This document shows, piece by piece, positions 17,340 to 26,591 of a stretch of 64,000 nt of DNA. How positions within the stretch are numbered: the stretch's first letter is position 1; the number at the start of each line of letters is the position of its first letter. Location: positions 32,001 through 96,000 of IMG/VR virus record IMGVR_UViG_3300026176_000228, one strand, 5' to 3'. The notes beneath the pieces are model-generated. The model was not told where the DNA came from. It saw only the letters and a list, made by a program, of their open reading frames with translations, and did no database searches. The position numbers were made by a program, and so were the translations under genes. This DNA is from a virus. Its lineage: Duplodnaviria; Caudoviricetes.

Positions 17340-19156
17340 TTAAACTGCCGAGAAGATCACACTTCCCGCGTCGCTGGCTGTGATTTTTTCCACCACTGAA
17401 TGACTGGCCTCAATCTTGTCCGTGTATTCCTCTTCCCTGCGGAAGCGGCGCACCTGACGACCATTCCATTCGAGCAGGTAGCCTGCCGCGGGCGTCAGCA
17501 GCGCGGGCGCGGATGGGACATAGCCCAGCCACATACCGTCACCCCAGATATACTGCGGGCTACCGGTTTGGCCTTCCAGCGCCGGGTCAAACAGCGACAT
17601 GCCGATCAGAAACTTCTCGAAGCCGAACCACTCGCCAAAGTCACTGGTCATGACGCGCGCGTTCGGGCGAGTGTATTTTACGCGGTCCAGCAGATCGGGA
17701 TGCTGGCGCAGATGCCGCCACACGTCCCAACTAATGACCGCCACATTGGGCATGCGCCCGATAGTCGAGACGACGCCGTTGATCGCATCTTCGATGTCAC
17801 CGTAGGGGTCAGATGTGTCGCTGGACCACTGGGTCGTGGGTGAAGCCGCGTAAGCCCACAGCGCAGAGCCACCCGTGGTTAGGTCAGCAATCCGTTTTTC
17901 CTGTGCGCGCAGGAGTTGGTCCATGACGAATTCAACGGCTTCCGCGTCAGGTCGCAGCGGACTGTCTGCGTTTTGTCGAACTTCCACTTTTGTTACTACT
18001 TACTTGCGTAAGCGGGTAGATCATTTCTGTCTACCTCTACGGGTTCACTTCCCCGTAGGTCGGAGCACATCATCATCCCAGTAGGATGTTGGCTCTATGC
18101 TCTCTACACATTTCAATTCGCATTTGTACTTTGCTAATGCGTATGATATAATGGCATTAGAAAGGTGGTTTTATGGATTCTAATACATACAAGAAACTTT
18201 GGAAGGCTAAGCGCATCGCTGAAGGTCTATGTTATCGCTGCGGTAAACCTCGCACTGACGACCGTAAAATTTGCGCTGCTTGTAACAAGAAGTCTAACCG
18301 CAGGGCTGCTGCTTGGCGAGAACGGGTTTTGATTGAACGTCGCTGTACTAGTTGTGGTGAACCATTAGCAGAGAATGAAACTCGACTCACTTGTTCGACC
18401 TGTGCCGCTAAAAACTCTAAGGCTACCCGTGAAAAGCAGAAACAAGCAATCGCTAATGGCCTGTGTGAAGCATGTCAGAAAAACCCTATTGGCTCTCGCT
18501 CTTCTGTTTGTTGTGATGCGTGTTATGAAAAACGCTTGGTATCACATCGTAAGATTCATAGTAGAATCAACTTTGGCGGTTTACGTGAAGCCGCCCTAGA
18601 GCGAGATAACCATGTCTGCCGCGCTTGTGGGTCAAGCACTAAACTTGAAGTTCATCACCTAGATGGCAATCGTCAGCATAACGAGTTATCTAATTTCATA
18701 ACCCTTTGTCATAATTGCCATGTGCTTTTGACCCGTATGATCGAAGCGCCTAATCTTCCGTTTCTGTATGAACTTGTAAAGGTGCAAATGCGAATTGTTT
18801 AGCTCGGTATTGGCATCTCAGCTTCCACCGAATTAGGCCAATTTTCACCGTCACATTGCTATGGCGGGGGACAAAAGTTTATCCGGAACTAATTTTGAGA
18901 TTGCCCACGTTGGGGTGTAGTAACTGGCTGTCGTTAGATCGTAATCTGCCTCAGCCGACCGCGCACCCGGTGCCCGCTTTTGCACGTCAATGCGTTGCCA
19001 AGCCTGCCGGGGAAATTCCCAGATGTAGTCCGTCTGCTTCTGGACTGGCACGCGCGGAAAGATTTGATCGCCAATGTAAAGTTGATTCTTGTACGCCAGG
19101 CTGAGCGAGGTCAGCGCGGCGTCAAGATGGACATCTCGCACAGAGGGTAGAGCCAT
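17340..19156 (-). CDS. Major capsid protein, spliced from exons 18881-19156 and 17340-17984 (~306 aa)
   Basis: VHLDAALTSLSLAYKN...IFPRVPVQKQ N-terminus; the join KLVPD|EVRQNADSPL is in frame; QWSSDTSDPYGDI and IGRMPN motifs of gpE-like capsids. Confidence 0.9.
18124..18152 (+). promoter_or_regulatory. Promoter of the intron-encoded HNH gene
   Basis: TTGTAC-17-TATAAT with TGn extension; AGAAAGG RBS at 18159-18165. Confidence 0.7.
18173..18802 (+). CDS. HNH homing endonuclease with tandem CxxC zinc repeats (intron-encoded, antisense)
   Basis: ALERDNHVCRACG...LEVHHLDGNRQHNELSNFITLCHNCH; several N-terminal CxxC pairs. Confidence 0.9.
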   Translation: MDSNTYKKLWKAKRIAEGLCYRCGKPRTDDRKICAACNKKSNRRAAAWRERVLIERRCTSCGEPLAENETRLTCSTCAAKNSKATREKQKQAIANGLCEACQKNPIGSRSSVCCDACYEKRLVSHRKIHSRINFGGLREAALERDNHVCRACGSSTKLEVHHLDGNRQHNELSNFITLCHNCHVLLTRMIEAPNLPFLYELVKVQMRIV

Positions 19157-19171
19157 CGTATTATACTCCTA

Positions 19172-19576
19172 TCAATCCGCCCACTTCTGGGGGCCGGTGA
19201 GAAAGATCGTCGCGTTCATGCCACAACCACTCGCGATGGATTCCTGCGCGATGCCCAAGCGGGTCGCGGACGCCGCAGGATTGAGCGCGCCACAAGCGCG
19301 GCCATCCGAAGCGGTCTTGACCCACTGACCGAATACCAGCGGCGAGGCTGCGGATTCGCAGTTGACTTCCACCTTGGTGAAGCCGAACACGCGCACGGTC
19401 GCCATTTCCCCAGCCTTGGGATCATTCTGCAAGACACCTAGTGGTGAACCTGCGACGACATTGGATAGCGAGACTTCGCCAGCTACCGAACCAGCCTTGA
19501 CGAAGTGGTACTGCGAAGCGGAGAGATCAATGGCCGCGATGTAGGTGTGATCAATGCCCCAATATTGGACTGCCAT
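19172..19576 (-). CDS. Capsid decoration/cement protein (DUF2190-like)
   Basis: DLSASQYHFVK...LGVLQNDPKAGEMATVRVFGFTKV; immediately upstream of the capsid gene. Confidence 0.75.
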   Translation of the reverse strand: MAVQYWGIDHTYIAAIDLSASQYHFVKAGSVAGEVSLSNVVAGSPLGVLQNDPKAGEMATVRVFGFTKVEVNCESAASPLVFGQWVKTASDGRACGALNPAASATRLGIAQESIASGCGMNATIFLTGPQKWAD

Positions 19577-20461
19577 TTAGCCCTCCTGCGCGGACTTGGC
19601 CCGCGAGCGCACGCTGCGTAGGTAGGCTTCGGCGTCTTTCTTGGACAGCTTGAGAATTTCAGCCTTGGGGTCATCCGACTTGGCAATGACCGCGAGGGCA
19701 TCCGGCTGTTCCGGCGTAAAGGCCGTGCCTTTTTCAATGAAGAGTTCCGCGTCAGCGGCCATGGCATCCACGGACTTCAGTAGATCAGTCCAGAATGACA
19801 GGCGCTTGGCATCCCACTTCGCCAGGGCGTGCAGTTGTTCACCGAGTTCGACAGGAGCGACAGGAATGGCCGCGAAGCTATTCGCCTTGGCGATATAAGT
19901 CTCGCGATCACGCTCTTCGCGCGCCTTTTCGACCTCGGCAACCAGGGCTGCATTCGCTTTTTCAAGTTCCGTGAGACGGCTTTCGAGGGCCGCTTTCTCG
20001 ACGGTGTCTTCCATGGTTGCCTCCGGGTTTGAGGTTTGAGGCTCACTGGCCTCGGATTCGGGTTTAGGTGTGGTCATGGATTCTAGTTCTGAAACTTTTT
20101 CGAGTTGCTTGGCCTCGACTACCGTCTCGGCAGGTATAACTTCAGAAGCAGCTTCAGGTTCTGGCTCAGGTTCTGGTTCAAGTGTAACTTCAGCTACAGG
20201 TTCGACTTCAGTTTCAGCTTTGACTAGTTCGGCCATCTCTGTATCTACGGTTTTCTGGAAGAGTTTGAGGAAACGCGTCCAGAGATTAGTTTCAGGAGTG
20301 GCCGCAGCCGTAATATCGCCCGCTACAGTAGCTACATCATTAGTATCAGACTTGAGCAAGAAGAATTCCTCGCGATTCGCCCCTTGAGTGACCAGCCCAA
20401 GAGTCTCGACTTGGACATCGCTGAGTTCAGTGATGATGGTGTTGTGGTCGTTATCAGGCAT
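19577..20461 (-). CDS. Capsid scaffolding protein
   Basis: LGLVTQGANREEFFLLKS N-terminus, acidic EP repeats, coiled coil; upstream of the capsid gene. Confidence 0.65.
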   Translation of the reverse strand: MPDNDHNTIITELSDVQVETLGLVTQGANREEFFLLKSDTNDVATVAGDITAAATPETNLWTRFLKLFQKTVDTEMAELVKAETEVEPVAEVTLEPEPEPEPEAASEVIPAETVVEAKQLEKVSELESMTTPKPESEASEPQTSNPEATMEDTVEKAALESRLTELEKANAALVAEVEKAREERDRETYIAKANSFAAIPVAPVELGEQLHALAKWDAKRLSFWTDLLKSVDAMAADAELFIEKGTAFTPEQPDALAVIAKSDDPKAEILKLSKKDAEAYLRSVRSRAKSAQEG

Positions 20462-20517
20462 TTAGCCTACCTCCCGACGCGTATGAACGCGTTCTCTGGG
20501 CGCTCCAACCCGCGGAA

Positions 20518-20748
20518 TTAACCAAGTAACAGGCGGGAGAGCACACTGGGGCGCTTTTCCCCGTAGGTGCGGATGGTCGGTTGCTGCATTTCAACATAGA
20601 GTTGGACCAGCTTGGCAATAGTGGAGAGTCCGACGACTAGAAGTGGAACCCAAGGTTCTTGCACCCAGCTTTCCAACCAACCCGACAAGGCACCTGTCAG
20701 CAAAGTAATGAGCGCAGCCCATGCCGCGCCCGGAAGCTGTACCCGCAT
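20518..20748 (-). CDS. Small two-TM membrane protein (holin-like)
   Basis: Two hydrophobic helices and a charged C-terminus. Confidence 0.4.
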   Translation of the reverse strand: MRVQLPGAAWAALITLLTGALSGWLESWVQEPWVPLLVVGLSTIAKLVQLYVEMQQPTIRTYGEKRPSVLSRLLLG

Positions 20749-20786
20749 ATGTAGACCCTTTCTGTATGATGTGCGCTAATAAAAAA

Positions 20787-20822
20787 ATCAGGCGGGAAAC
20801 TACAAGAGGTTCCCGCCTGATT
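20787..20822 (-). terminator. Rho-independent terminator
   Basis: AATCAGGCGGGAA/TTCCCGCCTGATT stem with a T-tract on the minus strand. Confidence 0.65.
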
Positions 20823-20935
20823 CCACTACATGTTTGACTGGAAGTGACTGCTCCCTTGGGTTTACCCAAGAGCTTCTATGGATTTTCACCAATTCTCACC
20901 AGCCCGTGAGAAATAGAGCGCATCAACCATAAACA

Positions 20936-20964
20936 AGCATAGCATATGGTGCATGCTTTGTCAA
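20936..20964 (-). promoter_or_regulatory. Sigma70-type promoter upstream of the head operon
   Basis: TTGACA-17-TATGCT. Confidence 0.6.
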
Positions 20965-21080
20965 GATGCTGTTTCAAGTTATTTTTAAATAATTTACAAC
21001 GTTAGTACAACGTTAGATCGAAGTAAAACAATTTAGTGGTTATTAAAATATAGTCTAGGGTTTGTGACACTCCGCATGGG

Positions 21081-22223
21081 CTAAAGCCCAACGGCTTCTT
21101 GGGGCACGCACGCCGCAACCGGCCACGTTACGCCCCAGGCTCGCTGTCCGCGGGCCAGCAGATTACGTGCAGCGTTCTCATCTCGATCCATAGATAAGCC
21201 ACACGCGCACCGCACCCAGCGATCTGCTAACGTTAGGTGCTCAAATATAGAACCGCATTGTGAGCAGGTTTTAGATGAATAAGCGGGATTGACTGCCACA
21301 ATTAACTTCCCGGCCCATGCTGCCTTGAAAACTAATTGACTACGGAAGTAACCCCACGAAGCATCTAGAATGCTCTTTGATAAATGATGGTTCTTTACCA
21401 TATTGGTGATTTGTAAATCTTCAATCGCAATACGGTCATAATGTGATACTAAATTATGGACTGTTTTTTTGATGAAATCAGTACGTCGATTAGCGATACG
21501 CCGATGGTGTAACTGCACCGCGCGCTTGGCCCTACCCCGACCTCGACTACCATTCTTGCGACGCGACATACGCCGCTGTAAGACGCGAAATTTAGCTTGC
21601 TCAGTACGATACCATTTCGGGTTTTCGATATGTTCACCGTTTGATATGGTGAGTAATGAGCTAATACCCACATCAATTCCAGCTTCTTGACCAGTTAGCC
21701 CAAGTGGTTGTGGGTCTATCTCACAAGCAAAGCAAACATACCATTTATTCGCTTGTCTACGGATGCGTATGGTTTTGATTCTACCCTCTATGGGACGATG
21801 CCAGCGAACCGCGACGCGTCCAATACCCGATAGTTTCAAACGCCGACCGTCAATCTTGAAACCGTTGTTTAGTTCTTTAAAACCAAAAGAATCATAACGG
21901 CCACGTTCACGAAAGCGTGGATAACCCGGTGTCTCGCCTGCCTTAACCCGGCGAAAAAACGCCTGAAACGCTTTATCCAAATCAGTCGTGACGACTTGCA
22001 AGACATGACTGTGAATCTGTCCAGCGAAGGAGTTTGCCCTGCGGTAGTTCTTAACGTTTGCTAATTGCTCAAACTTGCCAACACTGCGTTTTTCTCCTTC
22101 CCACGCATCTCTGCGTTCCGCAAGACAAGTATTGTACCAGTGACGACAAGTTTCAAGCGTTTGATTTAGTAGACGCGCTTGATTCTTGCTTGGATACAAA
22201 CGGTATTTGTAGGTAATCAGCAT
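21081..22223 (-). CDS. tnpB: RNA-guided endonuclease TnpB
   Basis: TYKYRLYP HTH, GIDVGI (RuvC-I), IAIEDL (RuvC-II), CSQCG zinc ribbon, DRDENAARN (RuvC-III). Confidence 0.95.
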   Translation of the reverse strand: MLITYKYRLYPSKNQARLLNQTLETCRHWYNTCLAERRDAWEGEKRSVGKFEQLANVKNYRRANSFAGQIHSHVLQVVTTDLDKAFQAFFRRVKAGETPGYPRFRERGRYDSFGFKELNNGFKIDGRRLKLSGIGRVAVRWHRPIEGRIKTIRIRRQANKWYVCFACEIDPQPLGLTGQEAGIDVGISSLLTISNGEHIENPKWYRTEQAKFRVLQRRMSRRKNGSRGRGRAKRAVQLHHRRIANRRTDFIKKTVHNLVSHYDRIAIEDLQITNMVKNHHLSKSILDASWGYFRSQLVFKAAWAGKLIVAVNPAYSSKTCSQCGSIFEHLTLADRWVRCACGLSMDRDENAARNLLARGQRAWGVTWPVAACVPQEAVGL

Positions 22224-22344
22224 CAGCTAGAACTCTCAATGCTAAACGAATTGCAGATGAATCAGTATCTACGCCATAGCGTTCGCGAATCCGTCGAATG
22301 GCCTCGCGATCAGTATCACCTAAATGAATTGTAGTGCGTTTCAT
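22153..22344 (-). CDS. Small ribbon-helix-helix-like DNA-binding protein of the TnpB element
   Basis: MKRTTIHL...SSAIRLALR; TTGACA-17-TATACT promoter just upstream, suggesting leaderless translation. Confidence 0.6.
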   Translation of the reverse strand: MKRTTIHLGDTDREAIRRIRERYGVDTDSSAIRLALRVLADADYLQIPFVSKQESSASTKSNA

Positions 22345-22552
22345 ACTTGGAGTATATCATTACGATACACATCTGTCAAATTCGATTGAGAGCAAGTCAT
22401 CTGCGATAAATCTGCGATAAAGTTGGCAAAGAAAAACAGCCGATGCGAGGGTACATCGACTGTTCTCCTACTACCTTCCACCATCATCCCCAACAGAGGT
22501 CTGTTTGACTGAACTCAACCAACCTTAGGATAACACAGGTGTCATAGGTTTG

Positions 22553-23137
22553 TCAAGGGGTTGGCACACCCCAATGCGCGATAAGCTTGCGTAGACTCAA
22601 CGCAATATCTTCGGTAGCCGCGACTTCGCGTTGCCAGAGGTCTAGAGTGTCTACATCAGGAATGTCAGGGTCGCCGTCGTCATCGGGTGGACTGTCAAGT
22701 AGACGCTCCTGGAAAGTCGCGCGGTAGGAGACATGCCGGTTCCAGGGTAGACCTAGCCCACCTACGATATCGGAGATGATGGTATTGTTTTCGCGAATAC
22801 AGAGCGCGAGGGGGCCGAGGTTAGGCGGCGCGTAGCTGTTCGTAATCATGTGCTGGTTATTGGGATTGCCAGGTAACGCGAAGTTAGCCAGGTCGGGATA
22901 AGGCCACGCGAGCGAGACAGGCTGCGCGATTTGAATGCCTTCCGCGGTGAGGACGGCGCAAGTCGCGACCGTATTGCCTTGCGCGGAGGGTTCATCAATC
23001 AGTTCCACGCGAATGAGTTCATAGCGCGCGGTAGGTTGTAAGACAACTTGCAGTTCGACGCCCGTGATTTGCCCTTGCGCGTTTTGGGTGAGAGCGCGAC
23101 AGTTAGGGGCGCGTGGGTCGGTATAAGCTAGAGACAT
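22553..23137 (-). CDS. Hypothetical protein (Chloroflexi-like domain)
   Basis: 194 aa, AAGGAG RBS; SDIVGGLGLPWNRHVSYRATFQ. Confidence 0.55.
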   Translation of the reverse strand: MSLAYTDPRAPNCRALTQNAQGQITGVELQVVLQPTARYELIRVELIDEPSAQGNTVATCAVLTAEGIQIAQPVSLAWPYPDLANFALPGNPNNQHMITNSYAPPNLGPLALCIRENNTIISDIVGGLGLPWNRHVSYRATFQERLLDSPPDDDGDPDIPDVDTLDLWQREVAATEDIALSLRKLIAHWGVPTP

Positions 23138-23166
23138 TGAGGCTCCTTCTATTATATATTAATTAA

Positions 23167-23496
23167 TTAAGCTTGTAAGGGCTTAGTGATACTTAAATAA
23201 GCATTACTACACCAACCGGTTAGATAGGGTGGAACTTGAGTTTGCACCCAGTACCAGTTGTTAGCTATAGACCAGACATCTACCTTGGTATGCAGGGCTA
23301 GTTTATCGATGATGGGAGCCGTGAGCGCAGGTTGCAAGCGGAGATTGAGCGTAGTCGCGGTGACAGTAGCTTGACCAAGACAACAGACAGACTGATTATT
23401 AATTGGAAGCTGGCTTACCAAAAACTTTTTCGGATTGTCTAAACGGCTGCTACGCACCGTTTGTATCTCGCGTTTCAGTCTCTGCCGCACGGACAT
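23167..23496 (-). CDS. Bacterial SH3-domain protein
   Basis: ATVTATTLNLR...WYWVQ...TGWCSNAYL. Confidence 0.7.
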   Translation of the reverse strand: MSVRQRLKREIQTVRSSRLDNPKKFLVSQLPINNQSVCCLGQATVTATTLNLRLQPALTAPIIDKLALHTKVDVWSIANNWYWVQTQVPPYLTGWCSNAYLSITKPLQA

Positions 23497-23507
23497 GTCT
23501 AATGGCC

Positions 23508-24419
23508 TCAGGTACAGGGCTTGCTGGTCATGACGCGATTAGGTAAAGGTACTTGAGTGGGTAGTAGAGTTTGCAGTTCCTGCCATAAGGCATTGGGAAT
23601 GGGTAGCGCGGACCAGGCTTGATTCTGCGCGACTTCGTTACTGTTGGACATGCCGACAATGACTTGCGTGACTGCGGGATGCGCGAGGCAGAATTGTAAC
23701 GCGACCGCACCGAGAGGCACTTGATAACGCGTACAGAGTTCTTGCAGGGTTTGCACGCGGGCCGTGATAGATTCGGGTGTGCCATCGTATTCGTAGAAGC
23801 CCGCGATGGGGTCGGCTAAAATGCCGCCCGCGTAGATGGTGCCAAGTTGGACTTGGATATGACTTTTGCAGCAGTAGTCGAGTAAGGGTAAGGCGGCTTG
23901 ACTGAGTAGATTATAGTCTGCCGCGATTAGGATACAATCGGGTTGATAGGTTTTGACCAGCTTGGTCAGGGTCTGCCAGTGGTGGTACTGGCCGAAGCCG
24001 ATGCGCTGGACTAAACCTTGCGCCTTGAGGTCTTGTAAGACTGGATAGAGGTCAGGTACGGCAGTGCGGTAGTCGTAAGGGTCGTGCAGCAGTAATTGGT
24101 CAGCATGGGTAAGTTGCAGCCGTGCAAGACTCGCGCGCAGGCCGGTGCATAAGCCTTCGGGTGTCAGTGCGGGTCGCACGCCCTGATATAAGGAAAGGAC
24201 TTTAGTTTGCAGCGTGAAGGACTGGCGTGGCAGAGTGGACAGGACTTGACCTAAGCGGATTTCCGACAGACCATCGCCATACTTGGGCGCGGTATCGAAG
24301 AAGGTAATGCCCGCTTCATGCGCGCGCCGAATCGCGGCGGCGGCCACTTCATCGGATTGACTATGGGACGCGAAACAGTCCATACCAAGAGGCGCGGCAC
24401 CGAAGGCGAGTTGCGTCAT
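23508..24419 (-). CDS. Aldo/keto reductase (D-threo-aldose dehydrogenase-like)
   Basis: FFDTAPKYGDGLSEIRLG, QTK, LLLHDP and ALQFCLAHPAV motifs. Confidence 0.9.
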   Translation of the reverse strand: MTQLAFGAAPLGMDCFASHSQSDEVAAAAIRRAHEAGITFFDTAPKYGDGLSEIRLGQVLSTLPRQSFTLQTKVLSLYQGVRPALTPEGLCTGLRASLARLQLTHADQLLLHDPYDYRTAVPDLYPVLQDLKAQGLVQRIGFGQYHHWQTLTKLVKTYQPDCILIAADYNLLSQAALPLLDYCCKSHIQVQLGTIYAGGILADPIAGFYEYDGTPESITARVQTLQELCTRYQVPLGAVALQFCLAHPAVTQVIVGMSNSNEVAQNQAWSALPIPNALWQELQTLLPTQVPLPNRVMTSKPCT

Positions 24420-25222
24420 TGGGCTACCTGTTTAACTTTGCGGATGCCTTTGCCACGGATGCTGTAAGCTTTGAGCAGACCGGATTTCACGCGCGGCCAG
24501 AGCGTCGGGCCGAATTTAGTCGCGACCACCCAGGAGCCTTTAGTGACGAACTTAGTAGAGCCATCGGGCAAGGGCCAGTTGATATCAATCGGCGCGATGA
24601 AGGATTCTACGATATGAGCTTCGGATTTCGCGACATCTAGGATTTGATGCTGGATATCATAGTTTTGCGAATTAGACATCCAAGCATGGGCCATTTTTTC
24701 GATTTCTGGAATTTCCATGCGGTCATTTTGTGAATCGACCCAATCCTCTGATGTCGCAGGATAAACTATTGCATAGCCTACTTGTTCCTCATCGGCGGAC
24801 TTGGCAAACATAGTAGCCTGCACGGTGTTAGTTTGCGGCCAAGGATTAACGGCGCGTAGGTGCGGTAGCTCGGCGTCAATGATTTCATTGAAAGTACCTA
24901 GAGCTTCACCAATCGCATGGGATAGTAAAATGCGTTCGTCTTGACCATAGACGCCATCACCGTACATCAGATCAGCCTGGACGGTAAACTCGCGATGCAC
25001 GCTGGCGATCAGTCGGTCAATCACGTTGACGGCTTTTTCGACCTCAACTATAGGTTCAGATTTAGTGACCGGCTTAGTTTTGTCACCACCTAATTCACCA
25101 AGCATATCCTCTACAGTTTGGCGTAACAGACGCAGGAACTCAGCTTCAGTCATAGGCGCGGTTTTAGCAGGCTTAGATAGCGCGTTAGGTTGATGCACTT
25201 GCGAAACAGTTGGTGTCGGCAT
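24416..25222 (-). CDS. XkdF-like prohead serine protease
   Basis: VDSQND...IEKMAHAWM...DIQH...VESFIAP...KGSWVV...LWPRVKSG...AYSIRG. Confidence 0.8.
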   Translation of the reverse strand: MPTPTVSQVHQPNALSKPAKTAPMTEAEFLRLLRQTVEDMLGELGGDKTKPVTKSEPIVEVEKAVNVIDRLIASVHREFTVQADLMYGDGVYGQDERILLSHAIGEALGTFNEIIDAELPHLRAVNPWPQTNTVQATMFAKSADEEQVGYAIVYPATSEDWVDSQNDRMEIPEIEKMAHAWMSNSQNYDIQHQILDVAKSEAHIVESFIAPIDINWPLPDGSTKFVTKGSWVVATKFGPTLWPRVKSGLLKAYSIRGKGIRKVKQVAQ

Positions 25223-25288
25223 AAGATTGCTCCGTACTATGATAATTATACAAGTATCATAGCACAGAGTCGTAGGTCTGTCTATAAC

Positions 25289-25567
25289 CTATTCTTGTAA
25301 TTCAAGCATTATAGGTGCCAAGTCAACATCAGCATCGCGCAACACCTGAAACAAGCCTGCTTCTAGACCCATAATCTGTTGTTCAGTCAAATCTAACTTT
25401 AGATGTCGATTCAAGGCTTCGATAATTTCATGCAATAAAGTTGACATCTGTTGTTGAGGCACAAGACGTTTATCGATTTTGATGCGTAAAGACGCGGATT
25501 GCATTTCACCCATACAATCCAAGAATGGATCGGTAATTAGTTTATAATCATAACCAAGTATGCGCAT
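25289..25567 (-). CDS. Small HExxH-like phage protein
   Basis: STLLHEIIEAL motif. Confidence 0.6.
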   Translation of the reverse strand: MRILGYDYKLITDPFLDCMGEMQSASLRIKIDKRLVPQQQMSTLLHEIIEALNRHLKLDLTEQQIMGLEAGLFQVLRDADVDLAPIMLELQE

Positions 25568-25735
25568 TTATTTGATATCGATCCTGATGTAATAGCTGTC
25601 ACCAGATGGTACGCGATACGCGGTAATAGTATAGCTGGCGATATTAGTTTCCATCTTAGTCGTACGCTGCATCCGAATCTCATCTATGGCATAGGCAATC
25701 CACTCCGGTATGTTCATTTGCAACCTCGTTTCTGG

Positions 25736-25945
25736 TTACTTATGTCTTTCTTCAAGTTCCACCGCGCGTATCCCAATACAAGCCAGGACTTCCAGGGCGG
25801 TATCGCGCCCCATGCCGCGATAGCCTTGTTTGACCATCTTATCAGCCATGCGCGAGATAATGGCGCGGTCCTCTGGACTCAGGTTTTTGAAGGCAGCTTT
25901 CGCGGCAGGCACGACCTGCTTGCGTTGGGTATCATCTAGATTCAC
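25736..25945 (-). CDS. Hypothetical protein
   Basis: GTG start with AGGAG RBS. Confidence 0.6.
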   Translation of the reverse strand: MNLDDTQRKQVVPAAKAAFKNLSPEDRAIISRMADKMVKQGYRGMGRDTALEVLACIGIRAVELEERHK

Positions 25946-25988
25946 GGAGACTCCTAAGAATTTTCTAAGAATTATTCAATTTCTTTAG

Positions 25989-26405
25989 CTATCGTATTGC
26001 GTGTGTTTCAGCAAATTGAATCATACCACGGCTATGCTCATCCGACACAGAAGTTACACCTTTTTCAACGAGCCAGGCTGGAATAGGTTTACTGCTCCAC
26101 CAAACGGTCTGTGACAACAAATCAGATATCTCATTATCGTTACTGCGCCAGTAAGCCGCGCGAGTGCCATCTGGTAAATCAAAATTACTGACAACACCAT
26201 AATCAATATCAAGGCCGTTCCAGCGTTCCAGTAACCACCCAAAACCATTATCAATATGCCCCTCGCGAGTCCATACCCACGCCTGATCCTTACTTGTTCC
26301 CGCTTCCCAAGTCGCAACCTTCTTCGTAGTACACAAGATGACTGAATGATATGGCATTTTATGAATATCGGGTTGTGGTCCACGTTTAATTAAGTATAGA
26401 TTCAC
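25989..26405 (-). CDS. Hypothetical protein (AT-richer insert)
   Basis: GTG start at 26405 with AGGAG RBS; bracketed by a 21-bp direct repeat. Confidence 0.6.
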   Translation of the reverse strand: MNLYLIKRGPQPDIHKMPYHSVILCTTKKVATWEAGTSKDQAWVWTREGHIDNGFGWLLERWNGLDIDYGVVSNFDLPDGTRAAYWRSNDNEISDLLSQTVWWSSKPIPAWLVEKGVTSVSDEHSRGMIQFAETHAIR

Positions 26406-26591
26406 GGAGACTCCTAAAATTGGCATATGCTAAATCTATATTATTAGTATACCAGAAGGAGTCTGTCTACCACAAGCGCACAAGCAAGTTACGGGTATGA
26501 ATCTAGTATGAATCTTGGTTTGAGGTTGCTTCTCTCCTGCCTCTGTGGTTCAGAGGTTAGTTTGGCGGTCATTTAGTGGGCTAAAGTCAGG

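Larger units (their letters stand above)
17985..18880 (-). ncRNA. Group I intron in the major capsid gene (896 nt)
   Basis: P1 GGAU/GUCC; P10 AACUUU/GAAGUU; AATTCGGTGGAA...AATACCGAGC; P7 GAGCA/UGCUC; terminal G at 17985. Confidence 0.9.
21064..22380 (-). mobile_element. IS200/IS605-family TnpB element lacking tnpA (left end approximate)
   Basis: tnpB plus an upstream small ORF; right end GAAGCC...CTTTAGCCC...GGAGTGTCAC ends at TCAC (21064); lower GC than flanks. Confidence 0.75.

Noticed and set aside
17340-17987. Two separate capsid-like genes with a GTG start at 17987 (and likewise GTG at 7823)
   Set aside because: These GTGs are the intron 3' ends (terminal G); they lack an RBS, and splicing gives continuous proteins
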